Of a stretch of DNA of 64,000 nucleotides, positions 22,520 to 36,034 are shown piece after piece; position 1 is the first letter of the stretch, and each line of letters begins with the position of its first letter. The translations under genes were made by a program, and so were the position numbers. This stretch comes from Octopus bimaculoides (lineage: Eukaryota). Under the pieces are notes generated by a model. It saw nothing but the letters and a program-made list of their open reading frames with translations. It searched no databases and was not told the DNA's origin. The stretch covers positions 27,212,868 to 27,276,867 of the forward strand of contig NC_068985.1 in NCBI RefSeq assembly GCF_001194135.2, given 5' to 3'.

Positions 22520-24400
22520 ACTATCTAATTGTCCTTCCTTTTTTCCCCCTTAAGGCAGTATGGTGTTAGTCCAAAAATTTGACTAGTTTTGTACAAAACA
22601 ATGAAACATTCTGAATATGTCCCCAAATATTTTTGGAAGAAATTAATCAGAAGAGGAGGCAGAACATATACAACTTCTATAACATGTTTCAGCTTGGTGA
22701 GGTTGATATGATTGTGACTACTGTTGCAGGCTAATGCTTGTGGGGTAAATGTGGGAAGGTATGGTATTCCAGAGAGTAGCAGTTTAGAGAAAGGATGAAT
22801 GGTCATCAACTAATTCAGTGCAGAGTCTGAAGAGTGAGATACAGTAATGTTGAAGAGAGAAGATATAGGTGCAAATTTTAAATCACCTCTTACTAGTTCA
22901 GAGTAGCAGAGCTATTGTAACTGTGATGGAGAGACTGTACATTTATGAACCTGGAGTTGTAATGTATTGGAGAGTGAGCTTTTGTTAGTCAGATAAATCA
23001 TTTTCTGAATTTCAAGAGGAAGACTGGTTGTTTTGGATGCAGATTGGGTAATGTTATAATATATGTGAGGCTGCTTAGTATTTGAGGAATTTCTGATTGT
23101 GTGTAAATTATATGGCTGTAGCATATTTAATACATATCTATAGTGATTATGTGTTGATGCTGTTAAAAAATTCTGATGCCTTCATTCACGGAACTAGAGT
23201 ATGTCCTTTATGTTAAGAAGTAATGGCAAATAGTCGTTAATGTACAGAAAGAAAAGTATCAAATTGAATCTTAGGCAAAAACAGAAGTGAGAGAGTGAGA
23301 AAGCTCTTTACAATGGTCCAGTCTTAGAGGAAACTACTGAACCAAAGGAGAGAGACAGTTGTAACTCCTAAGTGGTCAACTCAACTCAGAGGCTCTCATG
23401 TTGGACATAATATAAGCACAATACTACTTTTATTGAAGTTCTAAAAGGTATATGATGTAATAGAGCAAATTTCTGGCAGAACTGGTTACACAGAAACAAC
23501 ATTGGTAGTCACTGAGAGAAAGGAAATGGTTATTATGATTGTTTCTTAGACATATGAGGTATTGGAAGTTAGCATGATAAAACAATAGTTGATAAAGCCA
23601 AAGAGGTTGCTTTTTTGGGAGTGGATCAACTGTTTAGAATTTTAATAAATTGAGAAGGATAGGAAATAGACTTTCAGTCCACTTTTTGAGGATAATGGTG
23701 AGGAAAGTCAAAAGTATTCATCTTGTTGGGTTTGTAGATTAGTAGAGAAGAATGTTGGAAGAGTTTTGTAGCATGTATGCAGTGTAAAGCTGAAACTAAA
23801 ATGAGTAATGACTTTGTCAGTGAGAGTCAACCTAGTTGAGAAGTGGTTGATAGGAATCTACAAAGTTAGTCAAGACTGTGATAGTAAAGGAGCAGAACAC
23901 CCAGTAGTAAAACAGGAGATGAGAGGGATTGCAAGCTGTGAAATAGTGAAAGTATATTTTGCTTTCCAAATGGTCATCTTGCAAGAGTTGTGGTGGTCTT
24001 CTTATCATAAACAATGTTTTTCATTTGTACAGTACAGTTGCAAGTGAGCTACTAAGGGGTTTTGGAGTTGTAAGCTTTGGTGGAGTGAAGAATGCAGAAT
24101 GACGAACCTTGCAGGGTGGTGAATGTAACTAAATTGTCTTAGATTTAGATTTAGCAGAGGTAAGACATTCATTGTACTGTCTCACTATTCCCTGTTCAAA
24201 TCATGAGGTTTTATTCCTCCAAAAACAATAAAACAGTCATATTTGGGGAAGTAAGTGTTGTAGAGAAGATGCAGGTTCTGGCAACCCAAATTAGCAACAA
24301 TTTGGATTCCACTATTTCTTCCTGTCATATCATTTCACTCACTTTTTTTTTTCACCATTTCATGCCATGCAACACATTGGTCTGGCCTCATTCACCATGT
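22520..24400 (-). mobile_element. Decayed CR1/Jockey-group LINE
   Basis: Reverse strand gives LSDYQCCF..SARNLL, an eroded PQGS..LFLYIND-like segment and a HKCTVS..CYSEL-like segment, collinear with the 58.3-59.4 kb copy. Confidence 0.68.
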
Positions 24401-24629
24401 CCAATGTTTTCTTTAGTTCAACCCTCATCGAATTCTAAGAGAAAATGCATACAATTCAGAGAGTATTGAGTGTGTAAATGTTATTTATTTTAAAGCTAGT
24501 TTAAGACTACAACAGAACATTTACCAATAAAGTGATTCACTATTGAGAGTCAAGTTAAATTTAGGGTAAATTTTGAGTTGATTGTACAGTGTGTGTGTGT
24601 GTGTGTGTGTGTGAGTGTGGAGAGAGAAG

Positions 24630-24790
24630 AACTGACCCCTGTACTTAACTAGTACTTAGTTGATCTTAGAAAGATGCAAGGCAAGATTGACATTAGCAGG
24701 GTTTGAACCCAGAATGCAAAGAGTTTGAACAATTACCATAGTGCATTTGTGCGAGACTTTAGTGATTTTGTCGATCAATTGCTCAATGTT
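24630..24790 (-). mobile_element. Degenerate family A-related SINE
   Basis: Reverse-complement GACCCC...TACTTA...AAAGATGCAAGGCAAG...TTTGAACCCAGAATG layout. Confidence 0.6.
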
Positions 24791-25009
24791 TCTATAAAAA
24801 ATGCATTGTAACAACTCTTATTTTTTATCAATTATTTCTAAAATCAGTGGAGCTAACAATTAATAGCCATTGCTAATTAATGGATAATGCAGAATATACA
24901 TTCAAAACATGTTATGTTTGACAGTATTTCACCAGGATGTTAAATAAGTACACCACCAATGTTTATATGAGGCCAGCATAAATTCAATTTAATATTTCTT
25001 CTACAACAT

Positions 25010-25390
25010 TGGTCAAGTGGCTCAGCTAATGGTCATAACATCATGAGTTCAAATCCTGGACCAGACGGTGTACTGTGTCCCTGGATAAAGCAGTTTATTT
25101 TCCATGATGCTTCAGTCTATTCAGCTGTAACGAGAATTGGCTGCATGCTAGTTCAGTCCTCTTTCTCTCCAGCTGTCACAAACTAGATGTTGTGCTGGGT
25201 CACTGGTGAGAGACCCTAGAGGGCATCAATGTTTGCTTGTGATACATTAAGCCCCTTAAACACTTAGTGATAGCATGATACATGTTTCCAAATAGCATGT
25301 GGTTACAAGGGATTGCTGGCTATTAATACGACAGCAGCGAAACTTCAATCTTGTGCAAGGCTAATTTAAGAATAAATGAATAAAATAAAT
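25010..25390 (+). mobile_element. tRNA-derived SINE, third family
   Basis: GAGTTCAAATCCTGGACCAG head and A-rich tail. Similar heads occur at 38690, 42680 and 53490. Confidence 0.55.
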
Positions 25391-25842
25391 AAATGTAGAA
25401 AATAACTTATATAACAAAAATATGCAAAATCAGAATGAGGTTTTGAAGAATCCTTTTGAAAATTTTTTTCTTTTCCAAATCTCACATTTCACTTTTAGAT
25501 ATCTTTTTATTCCTGTATATTATCCTAATATAAATAAGGTAACAAGTCTTTCTATTTGAAAAGAAAGAAAACAAAAAACAAAAACATAGTAGACAATATT
25601 TAAAAAAACAACAACCATTAAGTCCTAACAATAAGACCATACATAACCAGTTGTGAATAAACTAAAGACAAAAAGTAACTTACAGCAAGGGAAGTAACTC
25701 TCAATAGAGTGTGTGTGCGTGTGTGGCCAAGTGGTTAAGAAATTTGTTTCACTATCATGATGGATAGTCCAGGTTCAATACCATGGCATAGCCACATAAG
25801 AGGCCTTTGGTAAGTGTCTATTACCAAAACCTTGTAAGCTAG

Positions 25843-26217
25843 GTTCTGAGTTCAAATTCTGTCGAGGTTGACTTTACCTTTCGTCCTTTCGGGGTTGATA
25901 AATTAAGTACCAGTTGCATACTGGGGTCAATGTGATCAACCAGCCCCCCCCCCATTTCAGGCCTTGTACCTATAATAGAAAGGATTATTAAGGCATTGAG
26001 CTGGCAGAATTGTTTAACATGCCAGGCAAAATGCTTAGTAGCATTTCGCTCGTCTTTATGTTCTGAGTTCAGATTGCACTGAGGTCAACTTTGCCTTTCG
26101 TCCTTTTGGGGTTAATAAAATAAGCATCAGTTGATCACTGGAGTCAACGTAATCAATTGATCCCTTCTTCTAAAATTTCGGGCCTTCTGCTTACAGCAGA
26201 AAGGATTACTATTATTA
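25843..26217 (+). mobile_element. SINE family A doublet (5'-truncated 25843-25989 plus full 25990-26217), adjoining a family B head at 25715-25835
   Basis: Two successive central blocks, each with a GGATTA(T/C)TA tail. Confidence 0.85.
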
Positions 26218-27599
26218 TAGTTATGTAACTTCACATTGTGTTGTCCAGTACCATACCAAAGTGCTCTTGTTAACCCTTAGTAGTGAATAAAGAAAACATT
26301 ATTATTATTAGCTGATAAGTTTGACATCTCTACTAGTCACACATAGCAAATAAACTAACATATAGAAGAAGAAAGAGAAATCAGCCATTCTTTTGTTTGA
26401 CGATATACCAATAGCACCATATACAACAGAGCTAAGAATATGTAATACAATTAATGATCTTAAGAGATATGAGATTTATTATACAGGTTAAGAAAAATCA
26501 CAAAAAATTATTCCAAATTAAACTCACATTGTACACGGTTAACATTTTTTTTTTCAGTAATAATTATTATTTTTATGGTGATACAGATGAACAAATTGAA
26601 ACACAGTTTCATATCACTTCATTTGACACTTGTCCAGCTGTGGCAAGCACTGAATGCTTCGTCAGCTAGAAATAACAGTCAAATTACCTTCAAATAATAC
26701 TCTACTGTCTAGGTAAAAGAAGACATGATCATCATTGTTGGCATACCTCCAACCATAGGTCTGTTGCACAAGGGCTGACCTAGGGCTAAACAACAACAAA
26801 GTGTGTGATCTCTTTTCAGTTCTCATTTGGCACTATTTTACTTTACTGACAGCAATGGTGACCTTTGGTTAGGTAATCAACACTGCAACTCTTATTCCTG
26901 ATGTTAGGTGTCATTGTCTACCTATCTCTTGAAGAGAGAGTGAAAATCAATCTAGTGTGTCCTTCCTCAAACCTTCGAATAGATTCAAAGAAAGATAAAT
27001 AGAGATGTATTTGAAGGGAAGAGAGAAGAGCTTCATGTTATAAGATGTATCAAAAAGTAGCAGTTACAACTGTGCCTGTTTGTCTTGGATTCATCACAGT
27101 TCAGGACAAAATATGATGTAATTATTATGTTAAGTTTTGTTTTGCAGTAATATTTTAACTGCTAGTTTCACATTGAAAAATAAAGGGATGCAACTTGAAT
27201 TTCACCTATTCTCAGTCAGACCCTACAGGAAGTTTGTTCAGCTGAATAAGAAGTAACTGAAATATTAGAAATTGGTATTTCATTAATATCTCATTGAAGT
27301 TAAAGTAGATAAAGTGCATACCAAAGCTATATTATATTTCAAAATTCTCACTTTGAAAACTTGGCAGAATTTGACTACTTCTATAATATTGTCTTGTTTT
27401 CACCTTAAGTCAACACTCACACTACATGGATTATTGCTCTTCCACCACAATAAGGAGAACTCGAAATAAAGAAACGTTGGCCATTTGATGCATCAATCAT
27501 TTAGGTTCATCACAGTAAATCTACTTTCCACAAATCACTGCAACAAGTCCAATGAGAATTCACTGGATTTTCCATTTAACCACAAACGAGAACAAATAC

Positions 27600-28250
27600 C
27601 TTCTTTATATGATAGTATGGAGTAAACTATACTCCTGCCATTGACAAACTATCTCTGTGTGAAGGGAATTTTGTTTTCGGTATGTTTGAGAAAGAAGGAG
27701 TGGGTATGACTGATGCAGTTGATCTTAATATTGAAGAACTGGAGAGCAGAAACTTATGAAAAAGAAACAGTTTCATAAAGTGATTATGTTTAGTGTGAGT
27801 TTTAAGGTGAAAAATAATAAAAGTGGGAAGAAGAAGTGAGATGGGTATAACAAGATGGTTTGAAAAGAGAGGCACAATATGGCTAGTGTATTCTGAAAAT
27901 TTGAGTGTTTAGAGTATATATTATAGAAATATTCACAAGGTGAAAAGGGAATAGTGATGTTCAGCATGTGAGTGAAGCGGTTACATAGATAACTTTCTTT
28001 TAAAAATCAATTTAGGATGTCAGTGCATGGAGGTTATATTCCATCAGAAATGTAAACCCTATTATGGAATATTGTTTGAACAGTGTTTCATAATGGGGTT
28101 GTGTTTAGGCATTACAAAATCAACAGTTGCTGGGAGATGATATTTATATTTGTCCTAGAGACATGGCTTTGTATTGTAATGTATTAACAATATTGATAAT
28201 ATGAGGCTTTTAGAAAAAAAATATTTGTGTAGATGGCAAGTTCTAGCAAG
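27600..28250 (-). mobile_element. Decayed CR1/Jockey-group LINE 3' part
   Basis: Reverse strand gives QQLLIL...PIMKHCS, matching the QLLALYKA..PTMEY segment of the 59.2 kb copy. Confidence 0.55.
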
Positions 28251-31200
28251 TGTATATCATTGTCATTAAGATGCAGTACAATCTTAACGTTTACTAAGTG
28301 TTGTTAAATGTTTTAGTTGAGAAAATAATAACATATCTAAAATTCTCAGCAGCATAAAAGTAACATTAAAGAAAATCAACAAGAAGAAGCCACCACAAGA
28401 AACAGATAACAATACAGAATACTAAATGGTCATATATATATATGTATATGTGTGTGTTTATTTCATAATTTATGTATTAAAGGCCAATATAAAATTGAAT
28501 GAGATTTTGTTTCTGAAAGCACTTGTCCTTTGTAAACTTAGAAACGTCATAGTTAAATTATTTTAGAAATTGGATCATATAACACTTATTTAGTAATAGT
28601 TTGGATTGGTATAAAATCGAAATGTGAGTTAGGGTCACTTCCTGCATAACTAAAGCAAGACATTGAAGAGTCAGTGCTCAACTCTGGATATATAACAGAC
28701 CAGTGATAACTCTCTCCCTCCTATGTAGGATGTGTGAATATAACAGATACTATTTTCCAAATGATCTAGTAATCCTTCCTGACACTAAGGTGAATTAAGG
28801 CAGTATAGACTAAAGTGCTTGGTTTAAAAATACAACAAAACTAATGCATCAAATCTGATTGTACCCAATGAGCAAGTAGTTCAATATCCAGTTGATCTAA
28901 AGTTACTTCAGCAACTTTAGATATAATAACAATAGGATTGCTACATAATCTAGCAACAGATATTATTGAGTTACTTATGTAAAAAAAATAGAGTTAACTT
29001 GATAAAATAACTTCTAGTAATGGGTACCAGAAAATTCAGGCACCTAAAATGTGACCTAGTGTATTTCAAGTCACTTTTTTTTTCAATGGTTAGAATACTT
29101 AAGATATGATAATAAATAACTAACACACATCGTATGTTCTTTGAAATTTACTGCCAGTTGATTTAAGTTTTGATCAGGAGTTGGAGTATTCCAGCCACGC
29201 TTTAAATGTTATGTCCCACCCACTACTAGTAGAAGCAATATATTATGTAATCAATTCCTTTTCCTACTGTTCATTTTAGTATGTTTTATGTTGGTGTTCC
29301 TGACCAAGATATAAATAAATCTATTGTCCCAGAACATTAGAGAGCTTGCAAATGAAGTTAACTGAAACAGTTAATTTCAAAAGGTGAATCAGAAGAAATT
29401 TTCCCAGGTCCTATAAAGATGAAAGATTTTTTTCCTTTGGTTTTACATGATTTAATCTAGAGAAAGGACAGCACTAATAACCCTTTTCAGGGTCTCTGAG
29501 AATAGCGGGAGGAAGTTATGCTCAAGTGGCTGGGCCTGAATGCTTGCAACAGAGGGCTAGGTTTTGGTTTGGATTAAGTCTGACACTTAAAAATCGAAAT
29601 AATTAGGGGAAGTTATGATCATCAAAATTCTTGAAGATTAGAAATAAACTCTTGACCAGATTCTGTATAGAGTGAGCGGGGTTATGAATAGATGGAGGAG
29701 AAGCAAGTGGACTTAAGATGGGATAAAATACAGAAAGTTAGGAAAATTAAAGACAGCGGAAGAAAAAGTAATAGACAAAATGAAACCAAACCAAGTAAGA
29801 AAATAAGAAAAATTAAAATGAAACTTTTATTAGTTACTAAGTCTAAGAACAAGTATTCCATAATTTATTTCTGGTTCTACACACACACATCTTTGCAATA
29901 TTGCTTATGTCATAAATATGCGCCTGTGGGCCACTGAGTGTGTCATAAGCAAACCCATCTATGAGATATTGCTCATGACATTAACATAGACACATCACAA
30001 TACTATTTGTGTCACATAACCCATCCAGTCTGTGATATAATGTTCAACACAATGTACAGAATATTGGCAAGTGTCACATGACGGAATTTAGAAGCACAAG
30101 AGTTGTTTTAATATAGATACAAGAAATGAACAAAGGAAGATGACAGTAAAATAAATGGAAAACAGCAAAAAAAAACAAAAAACAAAAAAAACAACTCCCC
30201 TCCACTTCCCTGTGTCTAAAACTGAGAATGTAATTAAGTTCAAAAACACGTAATTTCTGAGTCAAGATTCGACAAAAACAAAAGTCAAAAGATATTTCAT
30301 CAGACACATAAAGATTAGATAACTCTGGCTAGGAATTTCTGACAAGCTCACAAACTATACACACCATTCATTCATTGCCGTTTTTCTTGGTTGGTTATGC
30401 TTGATTAGCCAGCTATTGTCATATAGTTTAATATAAATAATCATAGCACTTCTAATTACATAGGTATAGAATCTTAAGAAGTCCGCAACGCTAAATTGTA
30501 AAACTTTAATTGCCGTCTCTATTTTGAGTTGAGGAGAGTGACAAATACAAAAGAATGTAAACACAAATTCTGGATTTAATATATAGATACACACACACAC
30601 AACATCTCCCATCATCTCTCTCTCTCTCTCTCACATACGCACGCACACAAAACATACATAATCATATTGAAGGATGCCGTCTGATCATCAAATATTTCAC
30701 TTCTTTATTAAAAAGCCTTTTTCACAAAAGAATTACTAACAAGACTGGCAACAATCTACAAATTTAAAACAAAGAAAGTATAATTAATTTTTATTTTTGT
30801 GATGCTTTTGACCAATTTATATATACTATTCGAAACAGACGAAATACCGAAGGATAATTATCATACATTACTTCCTCATGTGTGCATACACATACATACA
30901 TACGAACGTTGTTTAGTTTTAGCCATCACAGCCAAGGACCTGTTGGAACAACATATATATTTGTTTATGTGTAGTGTTTATAATGAATATATAGAAATAT
31001 ATGAAAAATGTAAAGTTCTCCGGTAATTTTCTTTTATGTAAATAAATGTTTATGTTAATTTAAAAATTTGCCAGCAAAATCTTATAAAATAACAATGTTC
31101 TAAAAGATGTCCATGTTATATGTTATATATGAAAATAAAAAAATTTATATATGTGAATACGAGAGTGAAAAAGCGCATTTAAAAGAAAAATATCTGAAAC

Positions 31201-31846
31201 ATTCAAATAATTTTTGAAGTCTTCCCAAAAACTCAATTTAATAATAGAACTCAAAATAATAATAAAATGAAAAATAAAAACTAAAATTAGAAATGAAAAC
31301 TATATATATATCTATATCTATATAAATAATCAAATATTCTTATCCTTATTTGAAAATAAAATTCCAAAATCATTCTAGCCGAGTTTGAAAGCAAAATAAG
31401 ACGGAGAAGATAATCGTATGCGAATTGGTCGCTAACCAGTGCTGTTACCAAGCCGCTCTAAATTGGGTGTGTCTAACGGCGCGCCGATCAGATTGATATT
31501 CATAAAATATAGAGTAGTAGCCAGTCACGAGTGGATTAATAAGGGAGACTTTGATTGCAAGTTAGCTGTAGACGTGGGTTTTTTTTTTAATCTGCATCAA
31601 TCCAAAGATGATTTCCTTATTTTCATAATATTATATATACATACATAAGCATATACGTGTTTAGTAAGTGTTATATGTATACACTAAATCGGAAGACGGT
31701 GCAGTCGAACATATAAATATATAAAGAAAGGATTAGCAGCAACAGGACCACAAGGCGGCGGATCAATAAACAAAGATGCTAAGCGGAGCACACTGTCCAG
31801 CAGTCATCGGGAAACTAATACAAGACCGCGCATAAGAGGGACTCAC

Positions 31847-31898
31847 ACTTGTAGATAAGGTCACAACCAAAAGAAGCGGACGTTATCTGAACATACAT
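31847..31898 (-). CDS. Candidate alternative first coding segment MYVQITSASFGCDLIYK
   Basis: Donor AGT/GTGAGT, in-frame upstream TGA and a phase 1 end. Very short. Confidence 0.2.
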
Positions 31899-32114
31899 CA
31901 CCAGTACACGCAGAGATCGAACAATTAACACCGTCCAGTCTCAGAAACATCATCGTAGCAACGAGACAAGGAGCGAGAAAAAAATAGAAACCAGCACAGC
32001 ACAAGTGGCTATTAATTTCGCACGTGGTTGCAAACAACCAGATACACAGTAAGGAAAAAAGAAAAAAAAGAGGAATTGAATAATCATGACAGCTAGTTCG
32101 AATAACATAAGCAG

Positions 32115-32148
<34 letters not shown>

Positions 32149-32569
32149 TGTGTGTGTGTCTGTTTGTCACCACACTAAGGTAAAAGCTATCAGTTTCAAA
32201 AATGAGAACAACAATATCAAATTATGTAGACAAGTTAAGCACAGGGGAGAAACCAGAGTAAAAGCAGGAAGTATTAACGTTCAAGCCCTAGGTAAGAGTG
32301 TCAGCAATGCTATCGAGAACTGAAACAGAGTTGTACACTGTTGTTAACTCACTGTCGCATTAAGATAACAACATTTATTTTAAATACAAGGTTACATTGT
32401 AAGAATGGGGTCATAATTGATATAAAATCGACCGTAGTATCTTACTGCTATTTGTTACAGGCGGCGTTCCGGAACAGAGATAAGTTTAGGGCACAAATTA
32501 CACAGGTTTCTGTAATAAACACAACAACAACAACAATAATAGTTAATAATAAATGAAGAGAGTACATAC

Positions 32570-32684
32570 GCTTCAACCTGATCGTCTGCAGATGAGCCAT
32601 CTGCTCATGTTGTAGCCAGAGCGCCTGGTTTGCTATAAAAGATTTTTCACTCATCAATGAATTAGGTGTAGTCATCTCCAACAT
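32570..32684 (-). CDS. Candidate first coding exon MLEMTTPNSLMSEKSFIANQALWLQHEQMAHLQTIRLK
   Basis: Donor AGC/GTATGT, in-frame upstream TGA, and an acceptor before 32780 preceded by a (CT)n tract. Lies in the CpG-retaining domain. Product not recognised. Confidence 0.4.
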
Positions 32685-33479
32685 GATTAATTCTGTAATC
32701 CTTTGAATTCAGTATGCAGAAGGCCATACCTTAGAAAAAAGTATGCTGGCGTAAGCCTACTTCACATCTGACAGGTGAAACTGCCAAGTTTTGCAAAGAG
32801 TAGATGAGAATGAGAGAGAGAGAGAGATAGGGAAAGAGAGAGAGAGAGATGGAGAAAGAGAGGGAGTCAGCATCCAAGCTATAGCGAAATACTTTTCTTC
32901 TTCATCGGTGCTGCTGCAGAGAAGAGAAACAATAGCAATGATAAGGAAGTAGAGAGATGGGAGAAACTACTAAACACAGTTTTACACGGCAATCAGCAAC
33001 CAAATGTCCAGAGACGAACATTTTCCTGCAAAACATACGGTCGATCATTCGATTTCGTTGATTTGCGAAGGTGGTCGATTTAGAATATAGTCAACGTATA
33101 AAGATAGACTATAGGTGATGTAAATGGAAGTTTAAACACAACGAAAAACACGCACAGATAGATGCAAAAGTGTTGTGAAAAAGGGCACTTGTCTGTTGAT
33201 TGTAATGAAACAAATACTTGATTAAATGTCTTTTTCTCTGTGTACGTTATGTATGTATGTGTGTATATATATAAACACGACATGAAAAGACGGGAAAGTT
33301 GTCTAGTGTCCAGTCTAGTTGTTCTGTGGTATATCTAAGAGTCAATCCAACGAGAACACCACCAGCTGTTAAAGAGAGCCCAGTAGAGTGTGGTAGAAAG
33401 TACAGTATATAGACAGGCCGAACAGACAGTTAGGATCAAGACACAGCGCTCAACATACCATACAGATGGTTTGAGAGAG

Positions 33480-34150
33480 AGAGAGCTTACAAAAATAAAT
33501 AAATACAAAATCCAGCTAGAAAACGAATGTCTGCTTGCCTATGATGCAGGCAAGCTAGAAACTGACAGACAGCCGTGCAGGCGCACACATACACAAACAC
33601 ATCAGCCCGCGCGCGCGGACATACACGCACGCACGCACCGCACACACGTACTCGCACTCTTCTCAGTCACGCAGTCCATAATTGGTCCACATTCCCAACA
33701 ACCAACTACAATTATTTATACTCAGCCAATCGCAGAGCTGCTTTTATCGACGTTTCGCATCCGACTGTTATCTGTCTATATGGTATGCCGTGAACAAGAA
33801 GTTATTTTAGGTCAACAGTTCTGCTGGTACTATGGGAAGCAGCACTGGCCTAGTGTTAGCGTTAGTGAATGCGCACAGACACAGCTGACTTTTTAACTTT
33901 AACCACAAGCAAGTTGGCTGGTTGGTTGGTCGGTCGGTTGGTTAGTTAAACCAGAGCCACCCTTCGCTTGGCTCCCCTCCGCTCCATCATGTAAGCGCGT
34001 CGCAGACTGCTACTAGCAGCAGCAACAACAAAACCATCACCATCATGATGCTCGCCACCACTCTACAGTTTTAGTTATTTGCAAAGGCGATTTCTCTCTC
34101 CTATATACCTGCGAGATCAGCTGCAAGATATATAGTAACTAGAGCTGCCG
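33480..34150. promoter_or_regulatory. Possibly bidirectional CpG-rich promoter with divergent CCAAT boxes (ATTGG 33681-33685, CCAAT 33726-33730)
   Basis: Highest CpG density in the window, with outward-facing donor sites GTAAGC at 33490 (minus) and 33991 (plus). Confidence 0.55.
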
Positions 34151-34380
34151 CTATCTAGAAAGAAACATCAGATCTTAAGCATGCACATTTGCACACATTA
34201 AAACAAATACATTACGCCACGAACACACACAAACAACAAACCTTTTAGTATTGCAGTCAGTATCTCCATCAGCTGAGCAGTATCTGAAATCATTTCTCTA
34301 AAACAGTTTGATGTGTTCTATGTAGCGTGCACGCATATAGTGTATGAGGAAAAACACTAAATATTTCTAAATTAATTTCA

Positions 34381-34383
<3 letters not shown>

Positions 34384-34422
<39 letters not shown>

Positions 34423-34432
34423 NNNNNNNNNN

Positions 34433-34467
<35 letters not shown>
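34384..34467. repeat. (CA)n microsatellite containing an assembly gap (N at 34423-34432)
   Basis: Seen directly. The true distance across the gap is unknown. Confidence 0.97.
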
Positions 34468-34468
<1 letters not shown>

Positions 34469-36034
34469 ACAATATATAAACATTAATTTGTGATTGGTAA
34501 AGAACCCACCGCCGAAATTTGAAATAAGTGTTTATATACATGAGTATATATAATGCAGCGAACCTTTTCTATTTGAAAGGAACTTGAATTAAAAGTGTAA
34601 GGCGAATTAAAGGTATTTATTTTGAATATAAGGAAAAGTGACGTTATTATAATTATTTAAAAAATAAAAATGTAAAAATTATTTTATAGTTATTTTTGAG
34701 ATAATTTAAGAACATTAAAATAAATATAATATATTAAACTGTTTCCTTAAATGTCAAATCCCCATCCCTAGTATAATATTAATATAGTTTATATTTAAAA
34801 TCTCAGATGTGTGTACATGTAAATGTGTATATGTTTCTCCTACATTTTGGACACTAGTTTTAATCTGAAATTGTATCGAAAACATGTATTTGGAATTAAA
34901 TATACTAACAGGCTTATCACAAATTTGATAATTGGATTTAACATTCACTGGTCGAAATCTACAAATCTGTTACGAAGTCGACCCTTAGTTTAGTAAAAAA
35001 AAAAAAAAATAGAGAAGAGCGAGTGGGCAGATGAAGTTCAGCCGGCCCCTTCAGGATTTGGACGGAATTAAAGATTTACAAGCCTACAGGAAAACTTATA
35101 CGGGCCAGAAATAATAGTTAAATCTGTTTCATATCTTACCCTGCTGCCTTAAAAAGGGAAGGCTTCATCGGGTAATATTATCCTAGATACACAATACCAA
35201 AAGGAGTGGGGAAAGATAGGATGGCCACAGTTGGAATGTAAATCTGCTTAATTTGGACTGTCCTTGGGCGAAATATTTAAGACATTTAACACGATGCTTT
35301 ATTGTTTCTGCTACACATTCATAAAAGTGAAAAGAAACTGGAGAAAGAAGTTTAAAAATTAACCTTATTAGCCCGTAGAATCGTAATACAGAAGAATCGG
35401 GAAAAAGTATTGATAAAGTTAATCCAAATGCTATTATAGTTAAATAAGGATAGTCATTACAATTGCTATGCTATGGTTCGTATTACCATGAGTCAGAGAA
35501 ATAGATACGTCGTAGCGTACCGTGCGACTAACATTTTGAAACATCCTGTAATTCCACTCACGAGTGACAAATATACACTATCTCTGCTTTTATTATACAC
35601 TACAATTAAGTTATTGCTGAATTATAAAATTTCAATGGTTTGATATATTTTATCGATGAACACAATTCAATGAAAGGGAGATAAGTCAATATTTTTCGGT
35701 CTTGCCTTGATTAGGGTTTCTTCAGTTTATTGATAATAAATAGATTATTTTGAAACAAAATATGAAGAGAAACACTTGCACAAAAACAGATGTATCTGAA
35801 TGGGCTAGCAGACAATCTGTTCCGACACTATCAATAACAAATAGTGATTACAAGGGGGAAAAAAAAAGCAAAGGTGTTTTGTTAAGCAATACCAATTTAT
35901 GGAAACAGAGAAGCTGAGGGTTTACCTCATTGAAGTTATTTATATGCAACGATTATCAAATATTTTACAGAGAAGCAAATGGAATTCATACGAAAAAAAA
36001 AAAAAAGATTTAATCTATCCAAATAACACGGGGG

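Noticed and set aside
32570-32605. MAHLQTIRLK as the start of a PDZ-LIM (Zasp-like) protein
   Set aside because: Only a vague resemblance. No downstream WGF-containing exon with splice sites was found on the minus strand.
33390-33896. Longest ORF in the track (168 aa)
   Set aside because: GTG start, runs through (GA)n and CA-rich promoter sequence where higher GC content suppresses stops. No protein-like signal.
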